DNA from: Octopus bimaculoides
Taxonomy: Eukaryota
Reading direction: 5' to 3'
Assembly (NCBI RefSeq): GCF_001194135.2
Contig: NC_069002.1
Location: 15,079,466 to 15,143,465, forward strand
Length of the DNA: 64,000 bases
Shown here: positions 11,570-24,956 of the stretch, in pieces
How the letters are laid out: every line of letters starts with the position of its first letter
How positions within the stretch are numbered: position 1 is the first letter of the stretch
The notes under the pieces: model-generated
Told to the model about the DNA's origin: nothing
Seen by the model: only the letters and a program-made list of their open reading frames with translations
The model's database searches: none
Position numbers and translations under genes: made by a program

Positions 11570-14500
11570 GGTATCATTTATAGCCTAATGAAATGTTTTC
11601 ACACATATTGCCTACGAGGAAAATTTTTTATAGAAGACTATTTCCAAAGTGAAAGGTCTTCACACATCCATGTGTACACAAATGTATTAAATATGTCTGT
11701 ATACAAACACACACACACACACACACACAAGTGTGTATATAACTATATGGTGCTGTACAAAAGTCCAACATATATTTATGCATATGTATGTGTGTGCATG
11801 CGTACAGAAATATGTGTGCACTTGTGTGTGTGAATATGCATGCATGCATGTGTGTGTATATGTGTATGTGTGCATGTGAATTTCTTTTTTAACTTAAAAA
11901 TTATGAAAAGAAAAAGGGAATTTTTATGTAAAAATTTTTGCAGGCTTCAGTTTTTCAAAGGAAAAAACAGAATAGTGCTAGGTTGTAGCCTGCTGAGTAG
12001 TAATTGTTAAATTCTTCTCCAGTTTTCCAAATTGATCACCTTCTTCCTTTATTTTGAAAAAGAAGAGAGAATATTTTGAATTTTCCACCCACATAAATGT
12101 CTAAATGTTTATTACATGGAATATTTTTAACAAATTGATCTTTGATTTGTTGTTTACAAATAATAACTTTGCAAAGTAGACTGGAACAAGCTGGACTATG
12201 TAATTTTCAAGTAGAAACAAGCAACTTTTATGGATTACCAAAAATTTATAGATCCAAATAGACTGGCTCTCAGTTTTAAGGACTTCCATACATCATATTT
12301 AAGGATTTTCAAACAGAGTTAAAATTACACCTAAACACTCAATAATTAAGCAATTTACTATACATCACATTGAAACCTGTGTAAATTGGTTCTGAGTTCA
12401 TTCTGCCAAATGATAACTTTGAAGTTGACACTTATAAATAATCAAAGACAACCACCAAACCATCAAAGTCTCTTAACAATGCTGAAATTTACTTTGGAAG
12501 AAGAAATTATACAGGTAACAATGTTTGTTGTGAGTATATGATTATATTGAACAGAGTGAAATCAAAAAGTTCAAGGATGAGAAAGAATTCCAGCTTAGTA
12601 CAAATATGAATTACAAAACAAGTAGCTCTAATCTACTACATTATATATATATCTACAATACAATGAGAAGTATTTCAATGAAAATTTGTTAAACTGAGTC
12701 AGGGTACTTAAACAACAAATCAATGATCCATTAGCGAGAAATGTTCCATGTAATAAATATTTAGATTTCTGTGTGAATGGGAAATCAAGGTATTCTACTT
12801 TTCCAAAATTAAAGAAGAAAATTATGAAAGTCAGTTGATGAGTATTCCATAACGATTTTCAATCCAAAACTAAATCAGAAATAATGACCACCACTACTGA
12901 ATACAGTTACTGCTCTATGGATAACAACAGAGAAAACTTTAGTTTATATAACATGTATGTTTGAAAAGCGGAGGAAAATGAAAGTGCTTCCATAAAAATT
13001 CTTCTCTTGATCTTAGTATTTGAATTCAAAACATGAAGATATGCAACTAAATACCATGAAATACAGGGTTGGCCAAAAGTCACCTGACAGTAAGTCAAAC
13101 CCATTTAATTCCAAGATTTATTTATGTTTAACAACTGAATGAATTTAATAGAAGTATCTAAATATGAAATGTCATGAAAATAGTTCCACCTGCAGTCCTT
13201 CTTGAGTGACACATTTTTCCATTCAAGTCAATACAGAATTACTGATAGTATTTATGAAATCTTGGTTTACTGTCAGGTGACTTTTGGCCAACTGTGTATT
13301 TAGTGTGATAGCCTAGTATTTCTGCCATTCCACCAATACAACTTTAAAAACATTCAGTATCAAACAGTTCCTGATGATGACTTGCTGTGTGCTTATTTTA
13401 CTTACTCGGTCTTGGCATCTAAATTTCAAGTCACAAGTCTTGCAGTTTCCATCATAATACACAACAGTGACAATTGTGATTGAACTATTGGCAAAATTCC
13501 TGATAGAGATATTGAATAAACCATAGCCTGGAAGTTGGCACAGTGCCTCCTCACTCGACACATAAACAAGTTTCTTCTCTTCCACATATTTAGTACCGCT
13601 GAGATTTTCCTGGAAAGAGAAGAACAGAAGAGGTGAGAGAACAATAACCTCACCACCAACAACAACAACAACAGAAACAACAACAACAACAACAGAAACA
13701 ACAACAACTCCATATCTCAATATTTTAACTGTTTCTTCTTACTAGAGACTAATGAAAGTTTTCCATTTGATTTTAATTAAATAAACTTTTATCCAACACA
13801 GTTCCTACCAATGTCACAATGTTTACAGTTCTATGTTTGCCATTAGAATGCTATCCATAGGTCAGTTCTCACAAATATCACAGTGCTCACAGCTCAGTAT
13901 TCACCCCAGCATTATACTGACCATCCCCAAATCTAGATCGAGTCACATTGTCCATCTCTCAATATTCACCTGTATTACACTGACCATCGCTTAACACACA
14001 CTAGTATTACATTGTCTAAATCTCACAAATGTTTCACAGACCATCACTGTCCAAGATTAAGCTACTGACAACATTTATTTTCCCCATTTTTGACATCAAA
14101 TGTTTGCTGATGATTTTGACCTGTTAAGAAGCAGCAAAGCAGAAGTACACAAGTGCATCACAAGACTGGAAAAAATATCAGGAGCATACAGGATGGAGAT
14201 CAGCCCAGAAAAGAGTAAAAATCCTGATTAATGGTAACAACCAAAACATAACAACCAATTTCATGCTGAATGGAAAAAAAACTTGATGAAGTGGACACCT
14301 TCAAGTACCTAGGACTCACTTTGACCAAAGATAGCAGATCTCGAAGGGAGTTAACAACAAGACTCAGCTTAGTCTCTGCTCCCATGACAAAACTGAACAA
14401 CATATGGAAAATCTATTGCATTAGTTTTCCAATGAGATTCATCATCATCATCGTTTAATGTCCGCTTTCCATGCTGGCATGGGTTGGACGATTTGACTGA

Positions 14501-17500
14501 GGACTGGTGAAACCAGATGGCTACACCAGGCTCCAATCTGATTTGGCAGAGTTTCTACGGCTGGATGCCCTTCCTAACGCCAACCACTCTGAGAGTGTAG
14601 TGGGTGCTTTTACATGTCACCTGCACAAAGGCCAGTCAGGCAGTACTGGCAACAGCCACGCTCAAAATGGTGTATTTTATGTGCACAAGAGCCAGTCCAG
14701 GGGCACTGGCAACGATTGTATAAAACTCTGGTGACTTCAATCCTTCTGTATGAGTGTGACTCTTACAGCTGACATGAAGCAAAGAATCCAGGCAGTTGAG
14801 CACAAGTGCTTCAGAGGGCTATCACACATTCTGTACACTGAGCACGAAAGGAACAGCTTTGTTAAATGGCAAGTCAACAAATACACTGGCAGACAGGAGC
14901 CATTCCTTGCACAGGTAAAAAAATGGAAGCTTGCATGGTTTGGTCATATGTCCTACAACAACTTCCTGCCCAAAATCATTCTTCTGGGCACAGTTCAGGG
15001 AAGGTGGAAGAGAGGCAGACAAAGAAAAATCCTGGTCTGACAACATAAATGACTGGACAGGTGACAACACTGACTCTGCTCCGCATGACAGAGAACAGAG
15101 ACCAGTAGTGACATTATCTGGAGTGAGACCCCCAAGGACTAGCTGCATCAGTTAAGGGATCTTGATGATGATTGACAATGTAATTGAATACAGGAGTCAG
15201 CTGTTCATTCAACTAAAGTCAGTTGCGAAAGGCTTAAATAAACTGATTGATCATTTTTTAAAATTCTTTTACTTGTTTCAGTCATTTGACTGCAGCCATG
15301 CTGGAGCACTGCCTTAACGGCTTTTTTAGTTGAAGAAATCAACCCTACGACTTATTCTTTGTAAGCTTAGTACTTATTCTATTGTTCTCTTTTTGTTGAA
15401 CTGCTAAGTTACAGGGAAATAAACACACCAGCATCTGTTGTCAAGTGATGATGTAGTGGCAAACACAGACATACACACACACACACACACACACACACGA
15501 CGGGCTTCTTTCAGTTTCTGTCTACCATATATACTAAGGCTTTGGTTAGCTTGAGGCTATTGTAGAAGACATTTGCCCAAGGTGCCACACAGTGTGACTG
15601 AACCTGGAACCATGTGGTTGGAAAGCAAGCTTCTTGCCACACCACCAAGTTGGCACCTGTCAATGATTTTTAAGTTTTATAGTGATTTTACAAAGACTTT
15701 AAATATATAACAGATTTACAGTACTTTTCACTAAGGTTTTAATTATAATATACCATCGTTAACATGCAATTTCAATTCCCAACATTTTTGTATTTGGTAT
15801 AAATAAGAATCCAAAGTCTAGATCTCTCATGAAGTAAAATGCTTTCCAAAAACCAATTCCATATTTACTTATCAAAAACTTCTTTTAAACCAGTAGGGCC
15901 TCCTAGAGTTTAATATTCCCCAAAGAATTTCTTTACTCATAGTAAACGAAAATGACAAAACAAAGCAAAAACAAAACCACCACCAAAATTCAAATGAAGC
16001 TATTTCTTACGTTAATTTTATAAATAGTGCAAGTCATTTCATATGAAGTAAAATGCTTTCCAAAAACCAATTCCATATTTACTTATCAAAATCTTCTTTT
16101 AAACCAGTAGGGCCTCCTAGAGTTTAATATTCCCCAAAGAATTTCTTTACTCATAGTAAAAGAAAATGACAAAACAAAGCAAAAACAAAACCACCACCAA
16201 AATTCAAATGAAGCTATTTCTTACGTTAATTTTATAAATAGTGCAAGTCATTTCAGATGATCCAGAAAACCTTGAACCTCTTAGACGAATGTAACAATCA
16301 GAAGCATTTACTAAACAGGATTTTGTCAATTCTGCTTGTTCAACGGATGGAGGTTGGGCAATAGATATTGAACAATCTTCTCCAAACCAGTCTTTTTCAC
16401 AAATACAATTACCTAGAATGAGGAGATAAAACATTTACAATTAAGGACAAAAATACAATATGACATGCATTACAGTAAATTAATAGAATAGTTTTAATTA
16501 ATTAGTTTGTTTCAATTCTTTTTGTCCATGGCTTTTGAACCATCACCGTTGATGTTTGACTGCTACTGTTTGAGTTTAGAGTGCCATGTAGATTATCATC
16601 ATCCAGTCTGCTTCCAGTATAGAGGTTTGGCTATGAGTGAAACTAGCAATATTATTGGTTATGATACGTTGAAATTATGATGGGGGAAATTATGATAAAC
16701 ACAAGATTTTATCATTTAACACAACTCTGCCAAATCAGATTGGAGCCTGGTGTAGCCATCTGGTTCACCAGTCCTCAGTCAAATCGTCCAACCCATGCTA
16801 GCATGGAAAGCGAACGTTAAACGATGATGATGATATATAGCATTCGAAACAAATTCTATTTCAACAAGGCGAGTTTAAAAACTGATTGCCAAAGCTCAAA
16901 CCTACTCTGAGAACAGTTGCCATGGTTATTGCAATCATTGATACAAATGTTGTCAAAAATTTCCTCAGGGATTTCCAGTGTATCATTAGTGGACACCCAT
17001 AATGTGACATTGGTTTCTATTTCATTTAGGCATTGTTCTTTGAGGTTTTCCACTGCGTCGGAGACCCAGTCAAATGTGTCGGTTAGCTGTAAAAGAAAGC
17101 AAATTCAGATTCTGAGATTAAAAAGGCCATGCATTATCTTTAAAAAAAAAGGACCATTAAACCCTTTATTCCTTCCGGTACATGACAGGTTCATTATTTT
17201 AAGAGCCACTGAACTATGACAGACAAAGATTCGTAACATGAGAACAATACCAAACATTCTGGAAGGAGGAAGAATCAATTACATCAATCATGAGTATATT
17301 TTATTATTGACCCAGGAAGGATAAAAAGCAAAGCATAGTGATTGAGGCAGAATTTGAACTCAAAAGGTACAGTAATGTAACTAAATATGGTAAAGTATTT
17401 TGCCGACAACTCTTGCAAAGCTTAAATTTCTAGAAAATCCACTTGTAAAAAGAGAATACTTAAAATCCTACATAATAACAGTAATTTTGAAGCACTTATA

Positions 17501-20500
17501 TTAAAATGTCAATTGCATATACTTCACAAAAATAAAAAAAATAAAAAATTCCTTTATATATATATTTTGAAATTCACTCCCAGTGGAACTAAGTAAACTT
17601 AAAACTATAGAAAATGACAATTGCTCAAGGAGTTGCATAATGGGATTGAACTTAGGCCCTTGTGGTTGTAAAGCAAACTTTTTAACAATTCAGCCATGTT
17701 ACATCTATTATGATGCAAGTAAAAGGGTAAAGATCCCTCCTTCGATCATGAATGACCATTGGATTACACCTAGAAAGTTCCCTTCTGAGGAACAAGTCTA
17801 GTTGAAGTTGTTCATGGAAGACCGGCAGTCGCCCATGTATACCAACCTCCTTTCTCCACACTACTGATGTTATCCAAGAGAAAGGCAAAGGCCAATACAG
17901 CTTGGCACCAGTGACATTGCAACTCATTTCTACAACTGAATGAACTGGAGCAACGTGAAGTAAAGTGTCTTGTTCAAGAACACAACAACCAGCTTGGTCC
18001 AGTAATCAAACTCACTACTTCATGATTGTGAGCCCGACAGTCTAATCACTGAGCCATGTGCCTTCACAATGATGCTAGTATTTGATTTATAAAGTATAAA
18101 GTGCTAAGCGTGAGCCATTATTTTAATCTCAGCTTGATTAGATAGTGTGTGACTTTCACTGTCTCTTACCTGTACATCTTCAATACAGCCCTCAATAGTT
18201 GTTTCAACATTGACATTTTCAAACTTCTTACATTTTGATCCAGCAGTAGAAAACAAAATCTTCGTTTTACAAAACTCTTCAACCTCTGTTTTGGTTTTGT
18301 TTGAAGGTGTTGGCCAAGAAACATCCTGAAAGCAGATAATGTAGTTATACAGTAACACATAAGATAGTTATATATTCTTTTAGTCTTTCATTTGTTTCAG
18401 TCATTTGTCTGTGTCCATGCTGGAGCACTGCCTTGAAGGATTTTAGTCAAAATACATCGATCCCCAGGACTTATTTTTTAAAGCCTAGTACTTATTCTAT
18501 CAGACAGTATGCCAAACTGCTAAGTATGCCAAACATGTTGACATTGGTTGTCAAGCTATGGTTGGTGGACAAACACAGACACAAAGGCACACACATAAAT
18601 ATACATACATACATACATACATAAATTGTAAATCCAAAAAATAACAACAAAACTACAAAGGATTCCGTAGTACACGTGTTTCAAGCTTTATATGTGTATA
18701 ATATAATATGTGTATAATTTACAATGTAAAGCTATCCTCAGCCGCAAAATTATTTCTCTCCCAGGAAATTATACCACCTCGGCATTGAAGTAGGAAGAAA
18801 GGTGTGATGTAAGAGGTGAAGATCCTTTCGGTATTCTGTATAGTACTATACCTCGTATAATTCTCCACCCAGACATAATCTCTCCAGTCCTCCGAAAACC
18901 TTCCATACATACATACATATATCTACACATATCGTTGTTATGTTAAACTGTTGTATGACCAAATTTGGCTAATTGCATTTCTTTCAATATTTTTTTCTGC
19001 TTGCAATAGCCAGTTCTTTTGGTCAGACTATCATATCTTCAGCTGCTTCAGATGCCAAGATATTAAAAATTGTCAAAGTGTAGCACAATGTTTTTGCTAT
19101 GGAATGGTGAAACCATTTTTCCATTTTCTGAAAAAGCAACATTTTGGACTTATGACACTTTTGCATAATAGCAACAATATATATATACATATTTATATCT
19201 ATGACAAGCTTCTTTCAGTTTCCATTAGCCAAATCTGCTCACAAGGCTTTGGTTGGTCTGAGGCTATAGTAGACGACACTTACCCAAGGTGTCACAGTGA
19301 GATTGAGCCTAGAACCATGTGGTTCGGAAGCAAGTTTCTTAGCATGTATAAAAATAATAATTTTTTTTCCCCAATATGTAATATAATACAAATTGGCCCT
19401 GTTTATCAAATTGAACATTATTTTGACGGTATGTCTTCTTTCAGTTCACATTATAAAACGAAAATATATTCAGAACCAAAAGAAATGATGATTTCTTATT
19501 TTCAAATTTGTTATTGGATGATACAAAGTTCATTGTCCCAGGACTGGCTTCAACACTGACATATAGTGAAATTAACAGGGTTGACGAGTCCACTGGGGAA
19601 GGAAATAAAATTCAAAAGTTGTAATTCTGTTACAATAATCCTTGGATACCTGATGCTTTCTCCAACTGCCAGAATTTTTAAGCATTCCAAATCTTCTTTG
19701 GTGCAACATAAAATCAATTGTTGTATCATACCTCTGACTCATACCGGTGTGGAAAAGGGGACATTAAATGAATAATAAGAATAGGGATTTAAAGTTTTGG
19801 TGCAAGGCCTGCAATTTCAAGGGTGGGGTGAAGTCAGTTACATCAAACTCAGTGCTCAACTGGTACTTGTTTCACCGATCCTGAAAGGATGAAAGGCAAA
19901 GTCGACCTCGGAATTTGAACTCAGAATGAAAAAAATGGGTGACATACCACTAAACATTTCATCCAGCATGCCAACAATTCTGCCAGCTTGCCAATAGCAA
20001 TAATAAACGCCCTGATGCAGTACCAGGCAGTGGCTCTCATGGCTTCTTATCTTAATTAATTGGAAGTGTTATCATGTGTATGTTTTGTCTTGGCATAAAA
20101 GATAGGCCACAACAAATATTCTACTCTATAACACAGATTTGCTTGCCAGTTGTTTGACCTTAACCGGTTGAGCATGTCCCTTGGTGGCTGACGATATGTG
20201 CATCTCTGATCATGAGCAGAAGTAGTGGGAGAGTATCACAGCCATGTAGTTTTGGGTTTGAATAGTTCACACCTGGAAACATGGGTGTTTCATTCATCAT
20301 CCTTAAACAAACCTTATTCAGGGACCCTTTGGGCAGGATGGGTTACTCGACCTGAAGAAAACTCTAACTGGGGCCCAGCTGCATGGCCATGTGCTGTTTA
20401 TCTTGGTATGAGATCACCATGTCGTGAACATATGGCTCTGATGCATATGGCTGGTGTACCCTTACCAGATGGGTATACTGGGCTTCATATATTTGTATCG

Positions 20501-23500
20501 CTGTGTCACTTTGACGGCATGCACTCCTCTCTCACTCAATAATAATAAATATAGTTTCTTGCATTGGGTAGAAGACTGAATATTATTGGGGAGAGGACAA
20601 GTGACTTTATTGATCTTCAACATTTAACTCATTTCTATTTCATTGGACCACCCCACCTGAAGAACAATATTGATGATGATGATAATGATGGCACTGGTGA
20701 TGGAGCCAGAGATGATAATAATAATAATAATAATAATGATGATGAGGAGGATTAGAAGAAGAAAGAGAATGAATTACTTACTGGTGATGTATAGTTACTA
20801 TCAAATTCAAAATGTACTTTCTCTTCAGGTGCAATGCATTTGGCTGGCATAATACTTTCTTCAATTAACTTCTCAGTGATATCTACTCCTGAAATAAGAA
20901 TATACAAACACTTAGATATGTACAAATAGCATATGTGCATGCACACACAAACACACACATGAACACATGCACATATGCACATACACATGCACACACCTAT
21001 TTAAATAAAATCTCAAATGATATTCCATCAGTACAATCCAAATGATGGCAGTCTACATTATTCTATAAAGAGCACAGGGCTGGTTTCCTGGTTTCTCTGG
21101 TAAATACATTCTTCCTCGATGGAACGACAGTCTGTAATGGGATTTGTTTGATTCTTTTTTTTTTTTTTTTCAGTCATTTGACTGCAGCCATTCTGGGACA
21201 CTGCCTTGAAGGGTGTTACTCGAAGAAATTGACACCAGGACTTATGCTTTGTAAGCCTAGTACTTATTCTATCATTCTCTTTTGCTGAACTGCAAAGTTA
21301 CAGAGACATAGATATACCAGCGTCAGTTGTCAAACGATGGCAAGGAGACATAAACACACGCACACGCACACACACACACAGTAACAACCAAAACCTATCT
21401 CAGTTACAATTATTTCTTGTTAACATTTGAAGCTCATTAAAATACATACTTTCACCAACTTAATTACTAATTTATTACATTAGAACAAGGCCACATATTT
21501 ACTGATAAGATTGAGTCAATCTAATCAAAGAAGGAAGGGGAAAGAGGAGGAGGAGGAGGGCAGGGGAAGAAAGAGGGGAGGGAAAGAAGAAGCTGTTCCC
21601 ACTAGCATAGCTGGTGGTGGGGTAGGGGCGGCCTGCTCCAGGTGGCACTTTTAAAGGCAATATATGTTTTTTGTGGGTTCTGGGGGTGGCAAATGGAAAG
21701 GCTGCCCCAGGTGGCACACACTCTAACTATGCTAGTGGCTGTTCCTCTAACAGTTTTGGGACTTTGAATACTGAACATTGAAATTAAATACAGTCGACCA
21801 TTTAGTTTAGTTTACTTCCAAAGCTCTTGTCCATCACATTTCAGTTAACAAATTGGGTCTTATTTGCATGTGTGTATTGTGGTGTTAGAAAAATTCCATC
21901 AAGATCTTGCATGTTGTAAATGGATTTCTCTCAGATTTCACAGCCAATATTCAATTGTTTGATCAACAAAATTACTGACTCATTGAATTAACATTTCAGT
22001 AATTAAGTCTACCGCATATAAATATGTACCTCAAATGAATTGAGTTATTCAATCACCTGAATTAGCTGCTCATTGAATTAATTAACATGTAAGTGTCTGA
22101 GTATTCCACAGTGGCCTCTGGATTGATAGGAGGAAGAGTGGAAGATATCTTCAAACTCAATACCTAGCCCCACACCTTGGCAGTATGTCTGCAATAAACT
22201 GGATTGCAGTCAGCGCAAGCAGAGTATCAGTCAGTGGTGTTAAAGTGCACAACAGATCAAGTCTACTAACCAATGAGGTCATGGTGCGATTTAAGCCCAT
22301 AATACAGAGCCAGGACAAATACTGCAAGGTCTCTTCCCTGACATTTTAATCCTTCTGAGAGTTCACCTCATAGACAGTTATTTTAATTAGCAACTTCAAA
22401 AGGATGAAAGCAAGGTTCACTATGGTAGGATTTGAACTTGGAGTCCTAGATTCCAGAATAAATATTGCAAAACATTCTATTTTATGCTCTAACAATTGCT
22501 AAGTCACAGTAAAATTCCTTCTTAACCATTTAGCATTTGAACTGACTACATCTGGCCAAATATTCTCCCTGTTTTATGGTCTAATTGGCTAGATCCAGCC
22601 TCTCACACCTACCCTACAATGTCAATCTAAGAATAAACAATCACATCATCAAAATTTTGAAGCCAGAAGATAATGTATGATTAATTCAAAACAATTTGAA
22701 TAAGGAAGCATTACATTTGACAGAATAGTCTCTTTACTCTTCACTCTTTTACTTGTTTCAGTCATTTGACTGCGGCCATGCTGGAGCACCGCCTTTTAGT
22801 CGAGCAAATTGACCCCAGGACTTATTCTTTGGAAGCCTAGTACTTATTCTATCGATTTCTTTTGCTGAACCACTAAGTTACGGAGATGTAAACACACCAG
22901 CATCGGTTGTCAAGCAATGGGGGGAGAGGTCAAACACAGACACACAAACACACATACATATATATACATATATATGGCGGGCTTCTTTCAGTTTCTGTCT
23001 ACCAAATCCACTCACAAGGCTTTGGCCGGACCAAGGCTATAGTAGAAGACACTTGCCCAAGGTGCCACGCAGTGGGAATGAACCCGGAACCATGTGGTTG
23101 GTAAGCAAGCTACTTACCACACAGCCACTCCTGCGTCTGAGTGCTAAAGGGTTAATCTTCATTTTTTTTATATATCTGAAACATGAAGGAATGAAGAGAA
23201 AACCACAACAAACCTTTGCCTTTCTTCTTCTTTATGTTATTGTATTTGCTTAGATGTTGGCATGTCATCTTATCATAGTCAACTCCACACTTGGCAGCCT
23301 GTTTCTGGTTACACTGGCAGAAAACTTGCCCTGTTGGTGTTTTAGTTTTGGTGGGACAATAGCCATCATACAATGACTCATTACGTTTCACTCTGCAATT
23401 CAATTAAAATAAAATTTGAGATACAAAAAATAGCCCGTAAATAGTGAATAGTTACAAGTGTATCTTGGCTGTGTCAAGACAGTCATTTAAATACACACTT

Positions 23501-23664
23501 ACTGTTATATTCGTCTTTGTTTTATTCTATAATAGTGTGAATGTCTTTTGTCTTCCATCTACAACCTGATTAGTGATATGATATTCAAATGAGATACAAT
23601 AGTTTAGAGTTTCATTGATCAAGGCATTGGTATACCTTGAAAGACTTTGACAGTTAATGTCATA

Positions 23665-23715
<51 letters not shown>

Positions 23716-23725
23716 NNNNNNNNNN

Positions 23726-23769
<44 letters not shown>

Positions 23770-24897
23770 TGTTAAGTATGTGAGTGTCTGTATACACAGT
23801 TAATACCGAGGAATGCTATCCTTGACTCTACCTTAGTGCCTTTGTTTTTAAAATACCTTGATTCTATCAATTCCTGAAAATAATTATACATATACATACA
23901 TATATGATTATATATAGTCAGACAATAGATGAGAGCTGGTATATATGCTCAGTATGGAAAGCAGAAAGTAGTGCTCAAAGGATTTGAACTCAAACTCTGA
24001 ATTCTTCATCCAGAGCAAGGCTCACTTCATCAAGAATGGATATACATATAGTTGTCTAAGAATCCATAAATCAGAAAAAATATGAATTTATACACTTGCC
24101 AATAGAGATATAAGTTCATTTTGCTCAAACTTACCAATTGCTTTCACACTGGGTTTGGTTAAATAACATCATGTGCTCTTCAGTGATGGAAGGTACTTTT
24201 TCTGTATTTACCATCTCTGAAGAGCATGTTGTGTTCTCTTATATCTAGTTATTTAATACGCAGTGTGAATTTAGTTGGTAAGATTTGCTAAAATGAATCT
24301 CTAATGCTGTATACAATGACTTTTATGGTCAAAGTCTTTCTAGCCTTGAGTATGCCACCTTTTTGGTATGTCCAGTATAATAGTATTCCTTGTGGCCTTC
24401 TTTGATATAAAGCAGAAGCCTGCAGATGATCCCTCTAAGGGGGATTTGGTTATTTCTAACAGTTCAAACAACTGCAGAGAGGCTTCAGTCATTGTAGAGA
24501 TTTCTCTTGTTGGAGACACTTACTTTATGGCAGTGTCTACAATGCATCCCGTATAGAGATGGATGGCCTAGTTGTTAGGGTGTTGCACTCACAATTACAA
24601 GATTGTGGTTTCAATTCATGGATGGAGTGGTGCATTGTGTCCTTGAGCAAAACATCTCACATTGGTCTGTAATAATTTTGAACCTGATGTACAGTATATC
24701 GTGCACCTGTTATGGCAACATCAATTTGATGAAAAGAGTGAGGTAATGTACAGCACATCCATTTGATTACTATAAGCAAAAGATTTGTGCAGGTTGTTTA
24801 ACAATAAATTGCAAAACTGCTTTTCTTGGACTACGAGAGGAGACTACCTTCATATGAATTCCCTCCTATCAATTATAAAACCAAAAATCATTTTGAA

Positions 24898-24956
<59 letters not shown>

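Noticed and set aside
18951-19559. 202-aa plus-strand ORF
   Set aside because: Runs through a microsatellite and a SINE-A half; no domain-like sequence; antisense intronic.
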